The notes: generated by a model from the letters alone, not told the origin. A stretch of 64,000 bases of DNA from Octopus vulgaris (GCA_951406725.2 OX597835.1:2294001-2358000), one strand, 5' to 3'. Shown: positions 41,408 through 54,682, counted from the stretch's first letter. Program-made: numbers and translations.

Positions 41408-41653
41408 GTTAGATATATGTTTGGCCATTGAGTGACCAATGGTTTCACATCCATAAAATGTTAAGCTTCATGGATGGCTCAATCAGACTCAAGTGGTGGA
41501 GGGCATATAAACCATCTTCCAACCGTCGGGTACCTCCAGTTTGAAGAGGGGTTATATGTCCTCCACCATTTAAGTCTGATCGGTCATCCATGAAGCTAAG
41601 TGCCTTATGGATGCGAAACCATGGATCACTCTTTGGCCAGACATATATTTAAC
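41408..41653. mobile_element. fold-back element with hammerhead motifs
   Basis: minus 41430-41490: GAGT-CTGATTGA-GCCATCCAT..ATGGATGT-GAAAC-CATTG-GTC-ACTC; decayed mirror copy at 41572-41631. Confidence 0.7.
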
Positions 41654-41863
41654 CCTTTCGTTACCGTATTTCTGTTGAGATGCTTTGTGTTTCTTTCAAT
41701 TACTTTCAATACAACAAAGAATTTAGTAAAATAACTTAGTTATCATGAAGCTAGTATTACGAACATAAATTGTGACTCAGGTTTGGTGGAAGATTTTAAT
41801 TCAAAACTTATGAAAACAAGACATTTGTACTGCAGAGCCAGATCCGGTTTGGTAATGAAAGGG
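41653..41863. mobile_element. piggyBac-type MITE (second family)
   Basis: TTAA|CCCTTTCGTTAC...GTAATGAAAGGG|TTAA; similar to the copy at 38562-38762. Confidence 0.8.
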
Positions 41864-43498
41864 TTAAACATTTTCCAGCTTCACTTCATGGATCATTGCA
41901 TCATTCATCGCATGAAGATTCTAGAGACATAAATGTCCACTTGAAGATTCACTTAAACAGTCACCCCCAAAAGTGGTTTAAACACCCAGTTTTCTGGTAT
42001 ATAATGGCAAAATAATCAGACAGTGAGAAGTCTGATTGTCAAGATAAAGTTATTCATTTAAAAAGGACTTCAATTCTGTTGTCAAGAAAAGTTATGGAGC
42101 AAAAAACATGTTTGGTTCACAGCTAATATACATATGTATATGCATTTTCTTTCTTTATATTTTAATCCATAATTCATTTAGTGCCTATAACTTTTTCACT
42201 GGTTTCAGGGGTTCTTTGAAGGTAATAGATACAGCCCCTTCTTCCTGACAAACCATAATATAAAAAAAAAGAGTGATGCCTTTTGGGAAAACAAGTTTAA
42301 GAATGAGCTGATGATAGCAACTCTATACAGTCGCTTGCTCTGCTAAATAGGAACCAAATACTCCTTCGAAAAACATCTCATCTTAAAAAGGAAAGCAGGA
42401 AGAGAGAGAGAAAGAAAAAAAGAAAGAATGAGAAAGAAAAAGGAAGGAAAGAAAGAAAGAATTAGATTACCCAAAGCCCAAAGGAAAAGTCTTTTAAAAT
42501 CTTGCTGTTCCACACAAGGATGAAAAGATGCGGAAACAGTTTCATAAACCAAATGGTTACAAATAAATAAATAGATAAGTAAGTGGCTGTGTGGTAAGTA
42601 GCTTGCTTACCAACCACATGGTTCTGGGTTCAGTCCCACTGCGTGGCACCTTGGCCAAGTGTCTTCTACTATAGCCTTTGGCCGACCAAAGCCTTGAGTG
42701 GATTTGGTAGATGGAAACTGAAAGAAGCCTGTCGTATATATGTATATATATAAATGTGTGTGTGTTTGTGTGTGTCAGCGTTTGTCTCCCCAACATCGCA
42801 TGACAACCGATGCTGGTGTGCTTATGTCTCCGTAACTTAGCGGTTCGGCAAAAGAGACTGATAGAATAAGTATTAGGCTTACAAAGAATAAGTCCATGGA
42901 GTCGATTTGCTCGACTAAAGGCGGTGCTCCAGCATGGCCACAGTCAAATGACGGAAACAGGTAAAAGAGTAAAAAGAGTAAAAAAACAAACAACAAATTT
43001 CGCGGATGGCTGTACAAAATATTTTATTATATAACAGAAGATCACAGGTTTAGATTACTGAACAAATTGCATTTTGAGCATGATGCTAAAACACTTTATA
43101 ATTATAATAAACTTATTAACGAGCGGCACAATAAAAATTAACATTTAGATTTAGAATGTTCTGCTGTGGCCCTCATCCACATCTTTCCTATCTTCTGATT
43201 ACTCAACCTTGTTTTCCTTTCATTCTCTAAAAATTTATAGATTTATTTATTGTTTTTTTTCCATTCATTTGAGTCAGGGAAACGAGTAAGGGTTATTTAT
43301 AAAATTTTAATTACTATTAAACTTTGATAGCTAAACATAATGGAAATGGTTTGCATATTTTTTGTTAAAGATCCAATGGAAACCCTGATGGTTCAATTTT
43401 TACTTTTTCAGGGACCTGCGTCATTCAGTAAGACCAGAAGAACCTCAGTAATTTCTGTCAAGTCTTGCTTTGCATTGTTCCGACCCAACCCTGACCCT

Positions 43499-43641
43499 TT
43501 AACTGAATAATATGTTCACTTCTTTCAGCAGTTGTTCTCCTTTTTCTCCAGCCATTTGACCATAATACAGAGCCGCTTGTTTCATACCGATGTTTATAAG
43601 ATACCGGCTGAATGCAAGGAATATAGCTTCAATCAATGGTG
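43499..43641 (-). CDS. WDR11: WDR11 terminal exon
   Basis: PLIEAIFLAFSRYLINIGMKQAALYYGQMAGEKGEQLLKEVNILFS*; the 13 exons total 1635 nt in frame. Confidence 0.9.
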
Positions 43642-43736
43642 CTGAAAAATTTTGTTAAAGAAAAATTTAACTTCAAAAAGAATTTTAGAATATCTTTATG
43701 AAACTTTATGAAAATGAAATTTAAAATTATGAATTG

Positions 43737-43930
43737 GCAGACACACATCTCATACCCAAAACTTTAGTGATGATGGACTGAACTGAACCGTAACTAATCT
43801 GTACATCCTCTGATAAATCACGGATGGTGATTCAACAATTTCCCCTCAGAGCTGCACGCACATCTCTGATGTTATTCTCAGTTCTCCTGGTTGCGTGTCT
43901 CCCAGAGCGTTCATCACTATCAACCTTTTT
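43737..43930 (-). mobile_element. mariner transposase N-terminal relic
   Basis: DSDERSGRHAT.RTENNI..VRA...ITIRDLSEDVQISYGSVQSII.KVLGMR (mariner HTH region). Confidence 0.65.
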
Positions 43931-44073
43931 TCAGCTCATACACTCTCTCCATACGCTTTCTTCTTCTTCTTCTTCTTCCGCCGCGGCCGCGGTGAGTTAC
44001 GAAAACAAGTAAAACAAAGGAAGGAAAGAAAAAATAATAAGGAAACAAAGAAGCTGATTGTTATAAAGGATAC

Positions 44074-44218
44074 CATTCTCTTCTGATTTCTCAATGACAC
44101 CAAATTCCATACATGCCTCTATAAACCTGGCTGCCCTGTCAAAGTATCTCATGCCATACAACATTTCAGAGACACGGAGGAACTGGCCAAGCGACAGCAT
44201 AGCAAGGATTGCTCTGCT
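44074..44218 (-). CDS. WDR11: WDR11 exon
   Basis: SRAILAMLSLGQFLRVSEMLYGMRYFDRAARFIEACMEFGVIEKSEEN. Confidence 0.93.
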
Positions 44219-44831
44219 CTGAAAAACAAAACAAGAAAAAAAGTCAGTGGAACAGAGAAAATAGCCATCACCCCCACACCACCTCTACCACTAGCAAATC
44301 ACCATCGAACCCCATCACCACCTCACCCTCCACCACCAAATCAACTTCATCCAAGCCAATGGTAACTGGACATGCTGGAAATAGAAGATAAATTTCCAGA
44401 AAATTACATCTTAATTTCTGAAGGAAAAAAGAAAGGATTCTAGAGTTCTCGAAATCCCTTAAAAGTCACAACTTTTGCTATTACGATAAATCTGCTCACT
44501 CAGGACTGGACCTGGGATTAAACATCGACAACAGCCATCATATTTCTCATCTCCTCAGTTCATTTAGCCATGGTAATAGGTGTGTGTGTGTTTGTCTGTT
44601 CCCCAACCACCACTCGACAACCAGGGTTGGTGTGTTTATGTCCCTTTAGCTTAGTGGTTCAGCAAAAGAGACTGATAGTATAAGTACTGGTACTTTTAAA
44701 AAAATAAATACCGGGGTTAATTCAGTCAACCGGAATTCTTCAAGGTGCTGCTCCAGCGTGGCCATAGTCCAACAACTAAAACAAGTTAAAAATAAAAAAG
44801 ATAAAAGATAAAACAAAAAGGTTTCCCTTAC

Positions 44832-44906
44832 TTTTTGGCCCTGCTGAGACAAATGGTCGGCCCACCTCTTCACGACTTCACTGTATTCGCAATAGTTGAG
44901 GGTTGC
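44832..44906 (-). CDS. WDR11: WDR11 exon
   Basis: ATLNYCEYSEVVKRWADHLSQQGQK; AG/GT, phase 0-0. Confidence 0.9.
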
Positions 44907-45740
44907 CTGGGTTCAAACAAAGGAAGAGGATTAAAAACAGCAGCAACAACAACACAATCAGAATGTAAAATATAAATTGATCCAATCTCCCAACCACATT
45001 TCAATGATTCTATTCCATTTACAAGGCACAGGCGTGGATGGGTGGCAGGAAGCTTGCTTCCCAACAACGTGGTTCCAGGTTCAGTCCCACTGCATGGCAC
45101 TTTGAGTACCTATTTTCTACTTGTCAGTGGATTTGGTAGACAGAAACTGAAAGAAGCTCATCGTATATCATCTTCTTATGGCCGGGTTCCAACCTGGGCC
45201 ACAGCAACAAAATCTACCCATCACACCTCCCAGTCCAACCTCACTGCTTTGAGGTCCTGGATGCATTCCAGGCCAGCATCTGCAATCAAGTTGATGATGT
45301 GTGACAATGTTTTCTCTCCCAACATCATGAAGCAGACTCCACAAGCCTAATTTGGTCTGGATGTCTGCTACACGAGGATGCGATGAATGGCCCTTAATGT
45401 GAAATGGCAGCAACATATGACAAACAAATGCCTTTAAGAAGACTGGCCGAAAGTTGGCAAGAAAATCAGGCAAAGACAGCTGTGACTCTATGGTCAGAAC
45501 TGGCCTCTCGTACCTACTCTACAATGTCTTTCTAAAATTAAACAATCTCATCATCAGAGTCTTGAAGCTACGAGATAATGTGTGATTAATTCAAAACAAT
45601 GTTAATAAATAAGCATTACATTTGAAAGAGTAATCTAAATGCTAAAGGGATATAAAAAAAAAGGGATGGCCATGGTTGGAATGCTGGTGATCAGAGTTGA
45701 CCTGTGACTGAATAAAAAAGCATATAAACATAAAAGATAC

Positions 45741-45838
45741 CTTGGCTAACCACACTGCTTCATCCCAGTGACCATAGGTCTGCAAATAACGGCAGGCATC
45801 AAGACCTTTGTCTATTAAACACAGCAGTTGGATTCCCT
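45741..45838 (-). CDS. WDR11: WDR11 exon
   Basis: EGIQLLCLIDKGLDACRYLQTYGHWDEAVWLAK. Confidence 0.95.
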
Positions 45839-46859
45839 CTGCAAAATAACAACAGGCAATTAATTCCAAATAAAATCTGTATTTTGTTGATTGGTTTTAA
45901 GATAAGGAAATAAGGAAGAGACTTGTTGTTGTTGTTGTCACTCCCTTTTTTTTTTTTAAGGATTCATGCCATTAGCCACAAAGAATAATCTCTAATTTGA
46001 GCCTACTCTAAGCTACTAAGAGTGCGTGTGGAAACTTGAAGATCCACCCACCACACGCGATAGACTGGCAGCTGCACGGGCGCAAAAGCTATGATGTTAT
46101 CCTCATTCCGTAAATGGAGAGCTGAACCATCCTGCGGTACAGAGGATTCGCAATCTAGACTAGGGTCTGAACGTGTACCACACCATAGTGGGTTACACCA
46201 TGGTTCCTCTGCTTTGTGGCAGAAGTAGGAAGAAAGAGGGAGAGAAAGTTGTGGTGAAAGAGTAATAATCTTTCCTGGCAGCCTTCCATGCAGCTTTCTT
46301 TTCAGAATCATTAAGTGCAAGTGCACCAGACCCATCCATACACATTTCTCTCCTACAACATCATAATTTTCTTGACACACTACCTTGCAATAAGCAACAT
46401 GTCATGCCTCTGTTCCTCAAGCCACAAAACACTAGCAAACCTCTTCTTTCCTAATCCTCCCTTTGCTAAATAAACCTGTCACCTAACTTCTCCTCTGCCT
46501 ATTCCTGGTACAATTCTCTGTGAGTCCCATTCTTCCAAACTGTCCACACTTGCCTCTTTGCTTTTGTGGCTCAGTTTACTTTCCTGTTCCACCATTCTTT
46601 CACCTTTGGTCTGGCAGGAACTTTGCACCAACCACAGATTTGGTACGCAGCCCTCAACAGGTTTCCCCATTAGAACTTCTAGTTGACCTCTATGTTATAC
46701 ATCTCTATCTCCTTCTTGTCAAATGCTTCAATTAGAACTTCCTAAATCTCTGACTGTTCAAAAGATCTTGGCTTTTGTCTCCAACTACCTTCTACTCCTA
46801 AATCTGAAGTTACTAACAATTAACCTATTTTGAACAGCTCATTCCTCACCTGGGAAGGA

Positions 46860-47470
46860 CTTAGAATTTATGAGCATCCATCTATTTTGCTTTCTGGTAA
46901 GAATGTAGTCAATTTGTCTGTGTGGCCACCTGACTTACAGGTAACTGGCTGTTTTTCTGAAGTTAGTGTTGCCAATCAATTGCATCGCAGAAATCCAAGA
47001 ACCTGATTCCTTCCTCATGTCTAGAACCAAATCCATAGCCTCCAAGCATACCATGGAAGCCACCAAGATGCTGTCCAGTATGTCCATTGAAGTCACCAGC
47101 CACAAAGATAAGGTCACTGTTGTTCATCCTTGAGGTAGTCTACAGGATCAATCCTGATTGAGGAGCAGAGGCAGAGATGACAGTTGTTGCTGTATTTCCC
47201 AAGACTAGTCTAAGCATAAGTATCCTATCTCACACTTTCACTATCTTGAGCCATTTATCTATCCACTTATCACTGGAAGTATGTCTACACCCTGCCACCC
47301 CATTACTATTGCTATCCTAGAAAATTTTATATCTATTCTTTGCCCATGAGGATTCTAGCTGAGACTCTCCTCCAGATTACTTCTTGCGTGCAGCACATGT
47401 TTACAAACTTCTCTTCTAGTATATCAAAAATCCCACTTTTCAATGTGCCTTTATTGACTGTGGCTGCTCT
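46860..47470 (-). mobile_element. RTE-type APE endonuclease relic
   Basis: ATVNKGTLK...VNMCCTQE.IW, GDFNGH, QIDYIL across frames; related fragment at about 57960-58260. Confidence 0.6.
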
Positions 47471-48275
47471 AAAGATGCTGACGAAGTAGAAAGAATGAGT
47501 AGAAAGCTGGGGACAGCTTTCAGCATCTGAAAAGTAAAACGTTTTCAAGGATGTTTGCTTGTACACCAACTGCTTTTGCACACTATCAGCTACACAGATC
47601 AAATATTACTGCTCCCCTGAACCATCATTTGCCCAAGCCCTTAAATATCAAGGCTAACTAGACACAGAAAGAAAGAAAGAAGGAAAAGGCAAGGGGAAGG
47701 AAAAAAAGAGAAAAGGGAGAAAGATTGTGCAAGATGGTGGTGGTGGTGGAGGAAAGGGGGTAAAAAGAGGTGTAAAGATAGTGAAAGCAGTCATATAAGT
47801 CACTGAAAAGTTGATAGAGAAAAAAAAAGATTTGCATAGGACAAGAAATTAATGTTTGAGATTTTATAATTAAGACACTACAATGCTTAAACCTTATACA
47901 TTCTAAGAGAAAAGCTACGGAGAAACTGCATAGTAAACCCTTAAGGTCATGCATACATATGAGAGAATTAATCTATTCCAAAGGTTCAAAACTGCTGCAC
48001 CCACAAAATAGTTATGAATGAATGAGAAAACGGATGGATTGCAGAAATTTCAAGTGAAATTATTATATTGCATATTTATACAAACAAGTTTCAGTAAATA
48101 TCAGATTTTATTTTTTTTTTTAAATTAAATTTTAAAAATGAAATAATCAAATTTTGATGAAATAATCAGATTCTTAATTAAATAATACATCTTAATTAAA
48201 CAAACAAATTTTAAAATAAGTAATTGAATTTAACATTAAAACTGACTTTAAAAAAATGTTCAAAATGTAATTAAC

Positions 48276-48370
48276 CTGATAGTTTTCCATTGGCAATCAA
48301 ATTAGTGGCCACCAGTTTGATGGTACTTTGACTGGCTCCTGATGACCGGATGCTGGCAACAAGACATGCT
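48276..48370 (-). CDS. WDR11: WDR11 exon
   Basis: ACLVASIRSSGASQSTIKLVATNLIANGKLS. Confidence 0.95.
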
Positions 48371-48732
48371 CTGCAACAGTAGAAGGTAACACAGGTATTA
48401 TAAGGGTGTTTATTGTATCAGCTTAGTGTTGAGGATCAACCTAATCAACAGTGCCTTTCTCCAAACAAAGATTTGTGGTCTTGGACCAATGTTAGGAAGA
48501 AGCAGTCTAAAGATTACTTCCTAAAGAATTTGATGAAAAAAAAAAAAAATTAATTTAATTAATTGTTGACATATCGGTGCAGGTGGCTGTGTGGTAAGAA
48601 GTTTGGTTTGCAACCACATGGTTCCTGGTTCAGTTTCACAGCGTGGTACCTTAAGTAAGAGTCTTCTACTAAAGCCTCAGGTTGATTAAATCCTTGTGAG
48701 TGGATTTGGTAGATGGAAGCTAAAAGAAGCCC

Positions 48733-48804
<72 letters not shown>

Positions 48805-48919
48805 TGTGTGTGTCCACTGCTTACAACTGCCAAAAATACAGGGGGTCAATATGATCAACTGAAAATGCTGAAGGGCAATACCCAGCATGGCTGAAACCAG
48901 GAAAAGAGTTAACTGTTAC

Positions 48920-49086
48920 CTTAGACTGTCCACATAATAGTTATCGTTATCAGCTTCAGTTTCCAATAGCAACTGGACAGCCCGGTCAGTCTGTCCTAAC
49001 AGCATGTAGTTCTCAGCACATTTTTTGGTATTTTCATAGGTGGCCCTCTTGCTATCATGCAGGGCAATTCGATCAAGTTGATATTT
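48920..49086 (-). CDS. WDR11: WDR11 exon
   Basis: KYQLDRIALHDSKRATYENTKKCAENYMLLGQTDRAVQLLLETEADNDNYYVDSL. Confidence 0.95.
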
Positions 49087-50989
49087 CTGGAAATTAAAAA
49101 AAAATAATTTTAAATGTATGATGTATGAGTAAAACCTGTTGGCTTTGGTCTAACCAGACCAGAGGTAACCTGGACAGAAGTAGCCAGATGTAACCAGTCC
49201 AGGTACATGTCAGAGTAGCCAGGTTAACAGTAGTCAGGCCAGAAGTAATCAGGTCGAAGTGACCGGGATGGAGTAGTGAAGCCAGAAATAGCCAAAGTAG
49301 TGAGGCCAAGGAGAAACCTTGTCAGGCCAGAGTAGCCAAGCCAGAAATAGCCAGGCAAAGAGTAACCAAGTCAACAGCCATGCAAGAGTAGCCAAACCAG
49401 AGATTGGCAGTGAATGGAACAGACTGACCACAGTGGACAAGCCACATGTAATCATAACAAAATAGCTGTGACAGAGGCAATGCAAGAAATGATTTAAGAC
49501 AAATTAGTTTAATAATTTTCAAATATGATTTTTCCTTCTTTAAGAGAAGCATGGGAAACATTATAGAAAATAACAGATATTTCCTTTTAAAACAAAATAT
49601 TCAAGTCTGTCGAAAACCTTATAAGCTCACTATGAACAGAGTATGTGGTTAAGTGAGAATGTGGTTATAACTGAGTGCAGGAAGGACAGTTTGGTTAAGA
49701 AGTTTGCATGAGAGCCATGTGGCTTTGGCTTCACCCTTACTGCATGGTGCCTTTGGTAAATTGTCTTCTACCAGAGACTTAAGTAGACCCAAGCACTGTG
49801 AATGAAATTAAGCGGAGAGAGATTGTGTAGGAACCCATCGAATGGCGTTTCCTGGTTCTCTGGCGGCTGATGTAATTTGTCAACTGGTTCAACACCACAG
49901 CATCTGGCACTCAAATACCTTCAGCAGGGTCCACTCTAAGCATTCGGACCAAGCCTCCAGCCTGAGAATAACTATATATTTTGAAATGCTGCTTCCAACT
50001 GTAGCCACCCATGGCATGAACAGGCAGGCCTGTGTTGCATGCACAACTGTTATGCCTTATAGAAATGGTTTAGAGAAGGAGTTGTGAGAAGGGAGGCTTT
50101 ATCTACTATCTTCCTCACTCTATCAATCACAAAAGCCCATGCAATGGTTTGTGGGGGTCACTCTTCCTCTTCTGACAGAGCTATAGAAATATACTGCATT
50201 AAAAACTTATGAGACAAAAGTTTCTGTTGGCAAGTGGGTCACCATCAAAATGTGAACGGATTGAAACCAAATGTAAATATAAACATGAGGTTCATAGCAA
50301 ATATGAATATTGTAAGGATACCCTCCTCTCAACATGAAATCCTCAGCAGTAACTCGTTTCGGACATTTCCATATTTAACCCTTTAGCATTCAGATTTCTC
50401 CATGGAATCTAATTGCTTGTTTATTTCCATCATTTGGAATTAATCTTGTGTTATCTTGCAGCTTTAAGATTTCAATGATGTGACTGCTTATTTTTAGAAT
50501 GACATTGTAGGGTAGGTGTGAGAGGCTGGATGGAGCTGGCCACTTTGAATGTGAAATAAGAAGGATATTTGGGCCAGATATGGTCAGTTTAAATGCAGAA
50601 AAGTTAAGCAAAATTTTCTGTAGTGGTGGTAAAAGAGATTCAAAAAGTTGGCCAGTAACTATAATTGATTTCTAACTCAGCTATTGAAACACAAATTTTG
50701 TTAAGACAGTGTACAACCAATTAAACTGATCCCAGTACATCACTGGTACATTATTTTGTCAAGCACTGGAAAAATAAAAGCAATGTCTACTTCACTGGAA
50801 TGTAAGAGGTCATAGGGAAAGGAATTTCATTGGATGCTCTACAGATTCTGTTAATCCACTGCCCTTGCCATAAAATATGACAAACACTACGAAACACTAC
50901 AAATAATCCAGAAACAACACACACACACACACGTGCATACACACACAGGTATCCACTTGAATGAAGAAAGCACCTGCATGCCAACTTAC

Positions 50990-51184
50990 CTGAAACGTAG
51001 CGCTGTCCTGGAGGACATCATAGCATTTCTCCAAGGGTTCGTCCCTGAATTGCTGAATCAAAATGTTGTTGTTGTTTTGTTTTGGATTATCAAAGACTAC
51101 CAAGTCATGGACCTCTTTGTTGTTCGGACCCAAGGGGACAAATAGATCTCCGATCATTCCCTCGGATATGCTGCGGCTAACATT
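50990..51184 (-). CDS. WDR11: WDR11 exon
   Basis: NVSRSISEG...EPLEKCYDVLQDSATFQ, versus PLDICYDVLCENAYFQ. Confidence 0.85.
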
Positions 51185-51441
51185 CTGTATTTTAGAAAAA
51201 TATTTTTACATTAATTAAACAAGTAATTGAATAGTCTGATAATCATTTGTATGCTTTTAATGACACAAGGTTTATCAGTATAGAGAAGGAGAAATGTCAC
51301 TTATGAGGAGACAAGAAGAGAAGTTAGAGTAAAGTAGAAGCTGGCATGGTAACGTGTGAAGGAGTGTGTGGAGATGAACATCACTAAGACATCAGGCCTA
51401 CAATCAATTTTTCTGACTTAATGTGTGTGTGTGTGTGTGTG

Positions 51442-51477
<36 letters not shown>

Positions 51478-51807
51478 AGATGCATGGCTCAGTGGTTAGA
51501 GCGTCAAACTTACGATCATGAGGTTGTGTGTATATATATATAAATACATATATACACAAATACATATATACATACATCTACATTTATACGTATCCATACA
51601 TCTATACAAAACAATAAAATGGAGGCACAGTTTAGTGGCCTAGTGGTTAAAGTGTTGGACTCATGATTGTAAGATTGTGGTTTCGATTCTTGGACTGGGT
51701 GATGTGTTGTATTCTTGAACAAAGCATTCCGTTTCATGTTGCTCCAATCCATTCTTCTCACAAAAATGAGTAACCCAGCGACAGGCCAGCATCACCCCCA
51801 GGGGAAA

Positions 51808-51926
51808 TGGCTCTGATGAAAGTAGCGTTAATTTTTTTTTCAGGTTGTTCAATCTTTCTCAACGGATCAATAGACCCATTGATCAGCAACGTACCTATGA
51901 TGCCTACTGGAAACAGGTGTAAGCCA
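51808..51926 (+). ncRNA. hammerhead ribozyme motif
   Basis: TGGCT-CTGATGA-(a)AGTAG..CTACT(g)-GAAAC-AGGT-GTA-AGCCA. Confidence 0.7.
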
Positions 51927-52198
51927 CATTTGCTCTAATAATAATAAGGGATGAATATGTAATGACCATTATTTACAAGTTGTCTTACATATCACTTTGT
52001 GAAAAAAACCCAGTTTGACTGGAGCCCAACCATGGATTTATAATGTAGAATGGTGAAGAACCATAACCTTTAATCCTGCCATAAGAATACTTGGAGTACT
52101 TTGCGAATCTAAATAAATATTGTTAGCCTGTGGTGCCAACAGAGATCGTATGAAGTATTTTGCCCGGATTGATAACCCCTCACTATTAACTCTGTTAC

Positions 52199-52248
<50 letters not shown>

Positions 52249-52327
52249 CAATACCAATAACCCAATGTAGAACTCAATACATGCATGTTTCAGAATGAAG
52301 TGTTTGCTGAATAACACCTTATAGCTC

Positions 52328-52390
52328 ATGGCTCTGATGAAGCTATAAGGTGTTACTGAGGAACTCAATTAGCAGAAACAGCTGTAAGAT
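52328..52390 (+). ncRNA. hammerhead ribozyme motif (stem I decayed)
   Basis: GGCT-CTGATGA-(a)GCTA..TAGC(a)-GAAAC-AGCT-GTA-AG; palindromic ACAGCTGT stem III. Confidence 0.6.
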
Positions 52391-52450
52391 AATGAAGTTC
52401 ATTTATTTCTTTGTCATCTCTCTTTCTTTTATGCACACACACACATATAT

Positions 52451-52869
52451 GAGTGGCTGTGTGGTATGTAGCTTGCCTACCAACCACATGGTTCCGGGTT
52501 CAGTCCCACTGCGTGGCATCTTGGGCAAGTGTCTTCTGCTATAGCCTTGGGCCGACCAAAGCCTTGTGAGTGGATTTGGTAGACGGAAACTGAAAGAAGC
52601 CTGTCATATATATGTATATATATATATATATGTGTATGTGTGTGTATATGTTTGTGTGTCTGTGTTTGTCCCCCTAGCATTGCTTGACAACCGATGCTGG
52701 TGTGTTTACATCCCCGTCACTTAGCGGTTTGGCAAAAGAGACCGATAGAATAAGTACTAGGCTTGCAAAGAATAAGTCCTGGGGTCGATTTGCTTGACTA
52801 AAGGCGGTGCTCCAGCATGGCCGCAGTCAAATGACTGAAACAAGTAGAAGAGTAAAAGAGTAAAAGAGT
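52451..52869 (+). mobile_element. tRNA-derived SINE, family A (full length)
   Basis: TGGCTGTGTGG A-box and GGTTCAGTCCC B-box, (GTAAAAGA)n tail; other copies at about 3512-3898(-), 10362-10525, 15578-15720, 18243-18552(-), 19690-19845, 39778-39900, 42581-42980, 48578-48735, 61257-61470(-). Confidence 0.8.
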
Positions 52870-52970
52870 ATACTTATATATTGCACAACCATATACGTAA
52901 CGTTAAGTAAATATTTGAATGATGTAGAGTAAGAGATTAGTTCATCAAATAAGCCCCTTATTTAACTTAC

Positions 52971-53055
52971 CTTACTCATGGGAGATATTTTCTCAGATCT
53001 AATATAGTGGAGTGCAACTGTCCAAAAGTGGAGTTCAGCTTCATCACCAAATAAC
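52971..53055 (-). CDS. WDR11: WDR11 exon
   Basis: LFGDEAELHFWTVALHYIRSEKISPMSK, versus LYGDESELHFWTVAAHYL. Confidence 0.92.
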
Positions 53056-53135
53056 CTTTTAAATGATATATAAAACATTTTAACTTTCAAATAGTTTATA
53101 CAACATATCATAAGCTTTAAATGGTTTCAATAACA

Positions 53136-53336
53136 CAGTGGTTTTCAACCAGGGTTCTGCCAGTACAGTCCAGGGGTTCTGCAAGAAGTTATAAAACTGC
53201 TAAAATCGGCAGTAATTTTTAATTCTCCTGTGCAGATATGTGTGCACAAGACTATTAAATTATTGCACAGGGGTTCCTCGAGCCAGTGGAATGTTTCCTT
53301 GGGTTTCCGTTCCAGCAAAAAGGTTGAAAAGCACTG
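53136..53336. mobile_element. hAT-type MITE
   Basis: TIRs CAGTGGTTTTCAACC / GGTTGAAAAGCACTG; perfect 8-bp TSD CAATAACA at 53128-53135 and 53337-53344. Confidence 0.88.
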
Positions 53337-54648
53337 CAATAACATGTTAAATAAGTAATTTATACAACATACTGATTTAAAATTTTGGCACAAGGCCAGC
53401 AATTTCAGGTGAGGGAGTAAATTGATTACCTGAACTGGTACTATTTTATCAATCCCGAAATGATGAAAGACAAAGTCGACTTTGGCAGAATTTGAACTCA
53501 GAACATGAAGACGTATGAAATGTCGCTAAGCATTTCGTCCAGTGTGCTCATGATTCTGCCACCTTGCCGTCCGTTTATACAACATTTTATATACACAGTT
53601 TGTTTATACAGCATCATCCACAATATCGTATAATGTCTGCTTCTCACGTTGGCAGGCATTGAACAGTTTGATAAAGAACTGGCAAAACCAAAACACTGCA
53701 CCAAGACCCACTGTCTGCTTTGGCAGGGTTTCTATGGCTGGATATTCTTCCCAATACAAAGCCACTTTACTAGGGATTTCTCATGTATCACAGCACACAC
53801 ACACATACACACATACCAGGACCTCATGCAGTGACTGAAGGAAGCACTCCGTCGGTTACGACGATGAGGGTTCCGGTTGATCCGAATCAACGGAACAGCC
53901 TGCTCATGAAATTAACGTGTAAGTGGCTGAGCACTCCACAGACACGTGTACCCTTAACGTAGTTCTCGGGGATATTCAGCGTGACACAGAGAGTGACAAG
54001 GCCGGCCCCTTGAAATACAGGTACAACAGAAACACGAAGTAAGAGTGAGAGAAAGTTGTGGTGAAAGAGTACAGCAGGGATCACCACCACCCCCTGCCGG
54101 AGCCTCGTGGAGCTTTTAGGTGTTTTCGCTCAATAAACACTCACAACGCCCGGTCTGGGAATCGAAACCGCGATCCTATGACCGCGAGTCTGCTGCCCTA
54201 ACCACTGGGCCATTGCGCCTCCACGACATTCGGTGGTATACCATGCTGTGTAGACCTGTCGAGCCAAGTGAGACTGTAATTGTGGTTGATGTTGGTGTCA
54301 GGTAAATAGCATTTAAGCCGGAAGCACGTAAAAAGCACCCACTACATTCTCAGGGTGGTTGGTGTTAAGAAGGGCATCCAGCCACAGAACCCATGCCAAA
54401 GCAGACTGCAACCTGGTGCAGCTTCCTGGCTGACCAGTTTTCAGTCAAACTGTCCAACCCACACCAGCATGGAAAATGGACATTAAAATGATGATATAAA
54501 GTATTTTATTCTTTTATTAGTTTCAGTCATTTGACTGCGGCCATGCTGGAGCACAGCCATTAGTTGAACAAATCAACCCTAAGACTTATTCTTTTGTAAG
54601 CCGAGTATTTATTCGGTTGGTCTCTTTTGCTGAACTGCTAAGTTATGG

Positions 54649-54682
<34 letters not shown>

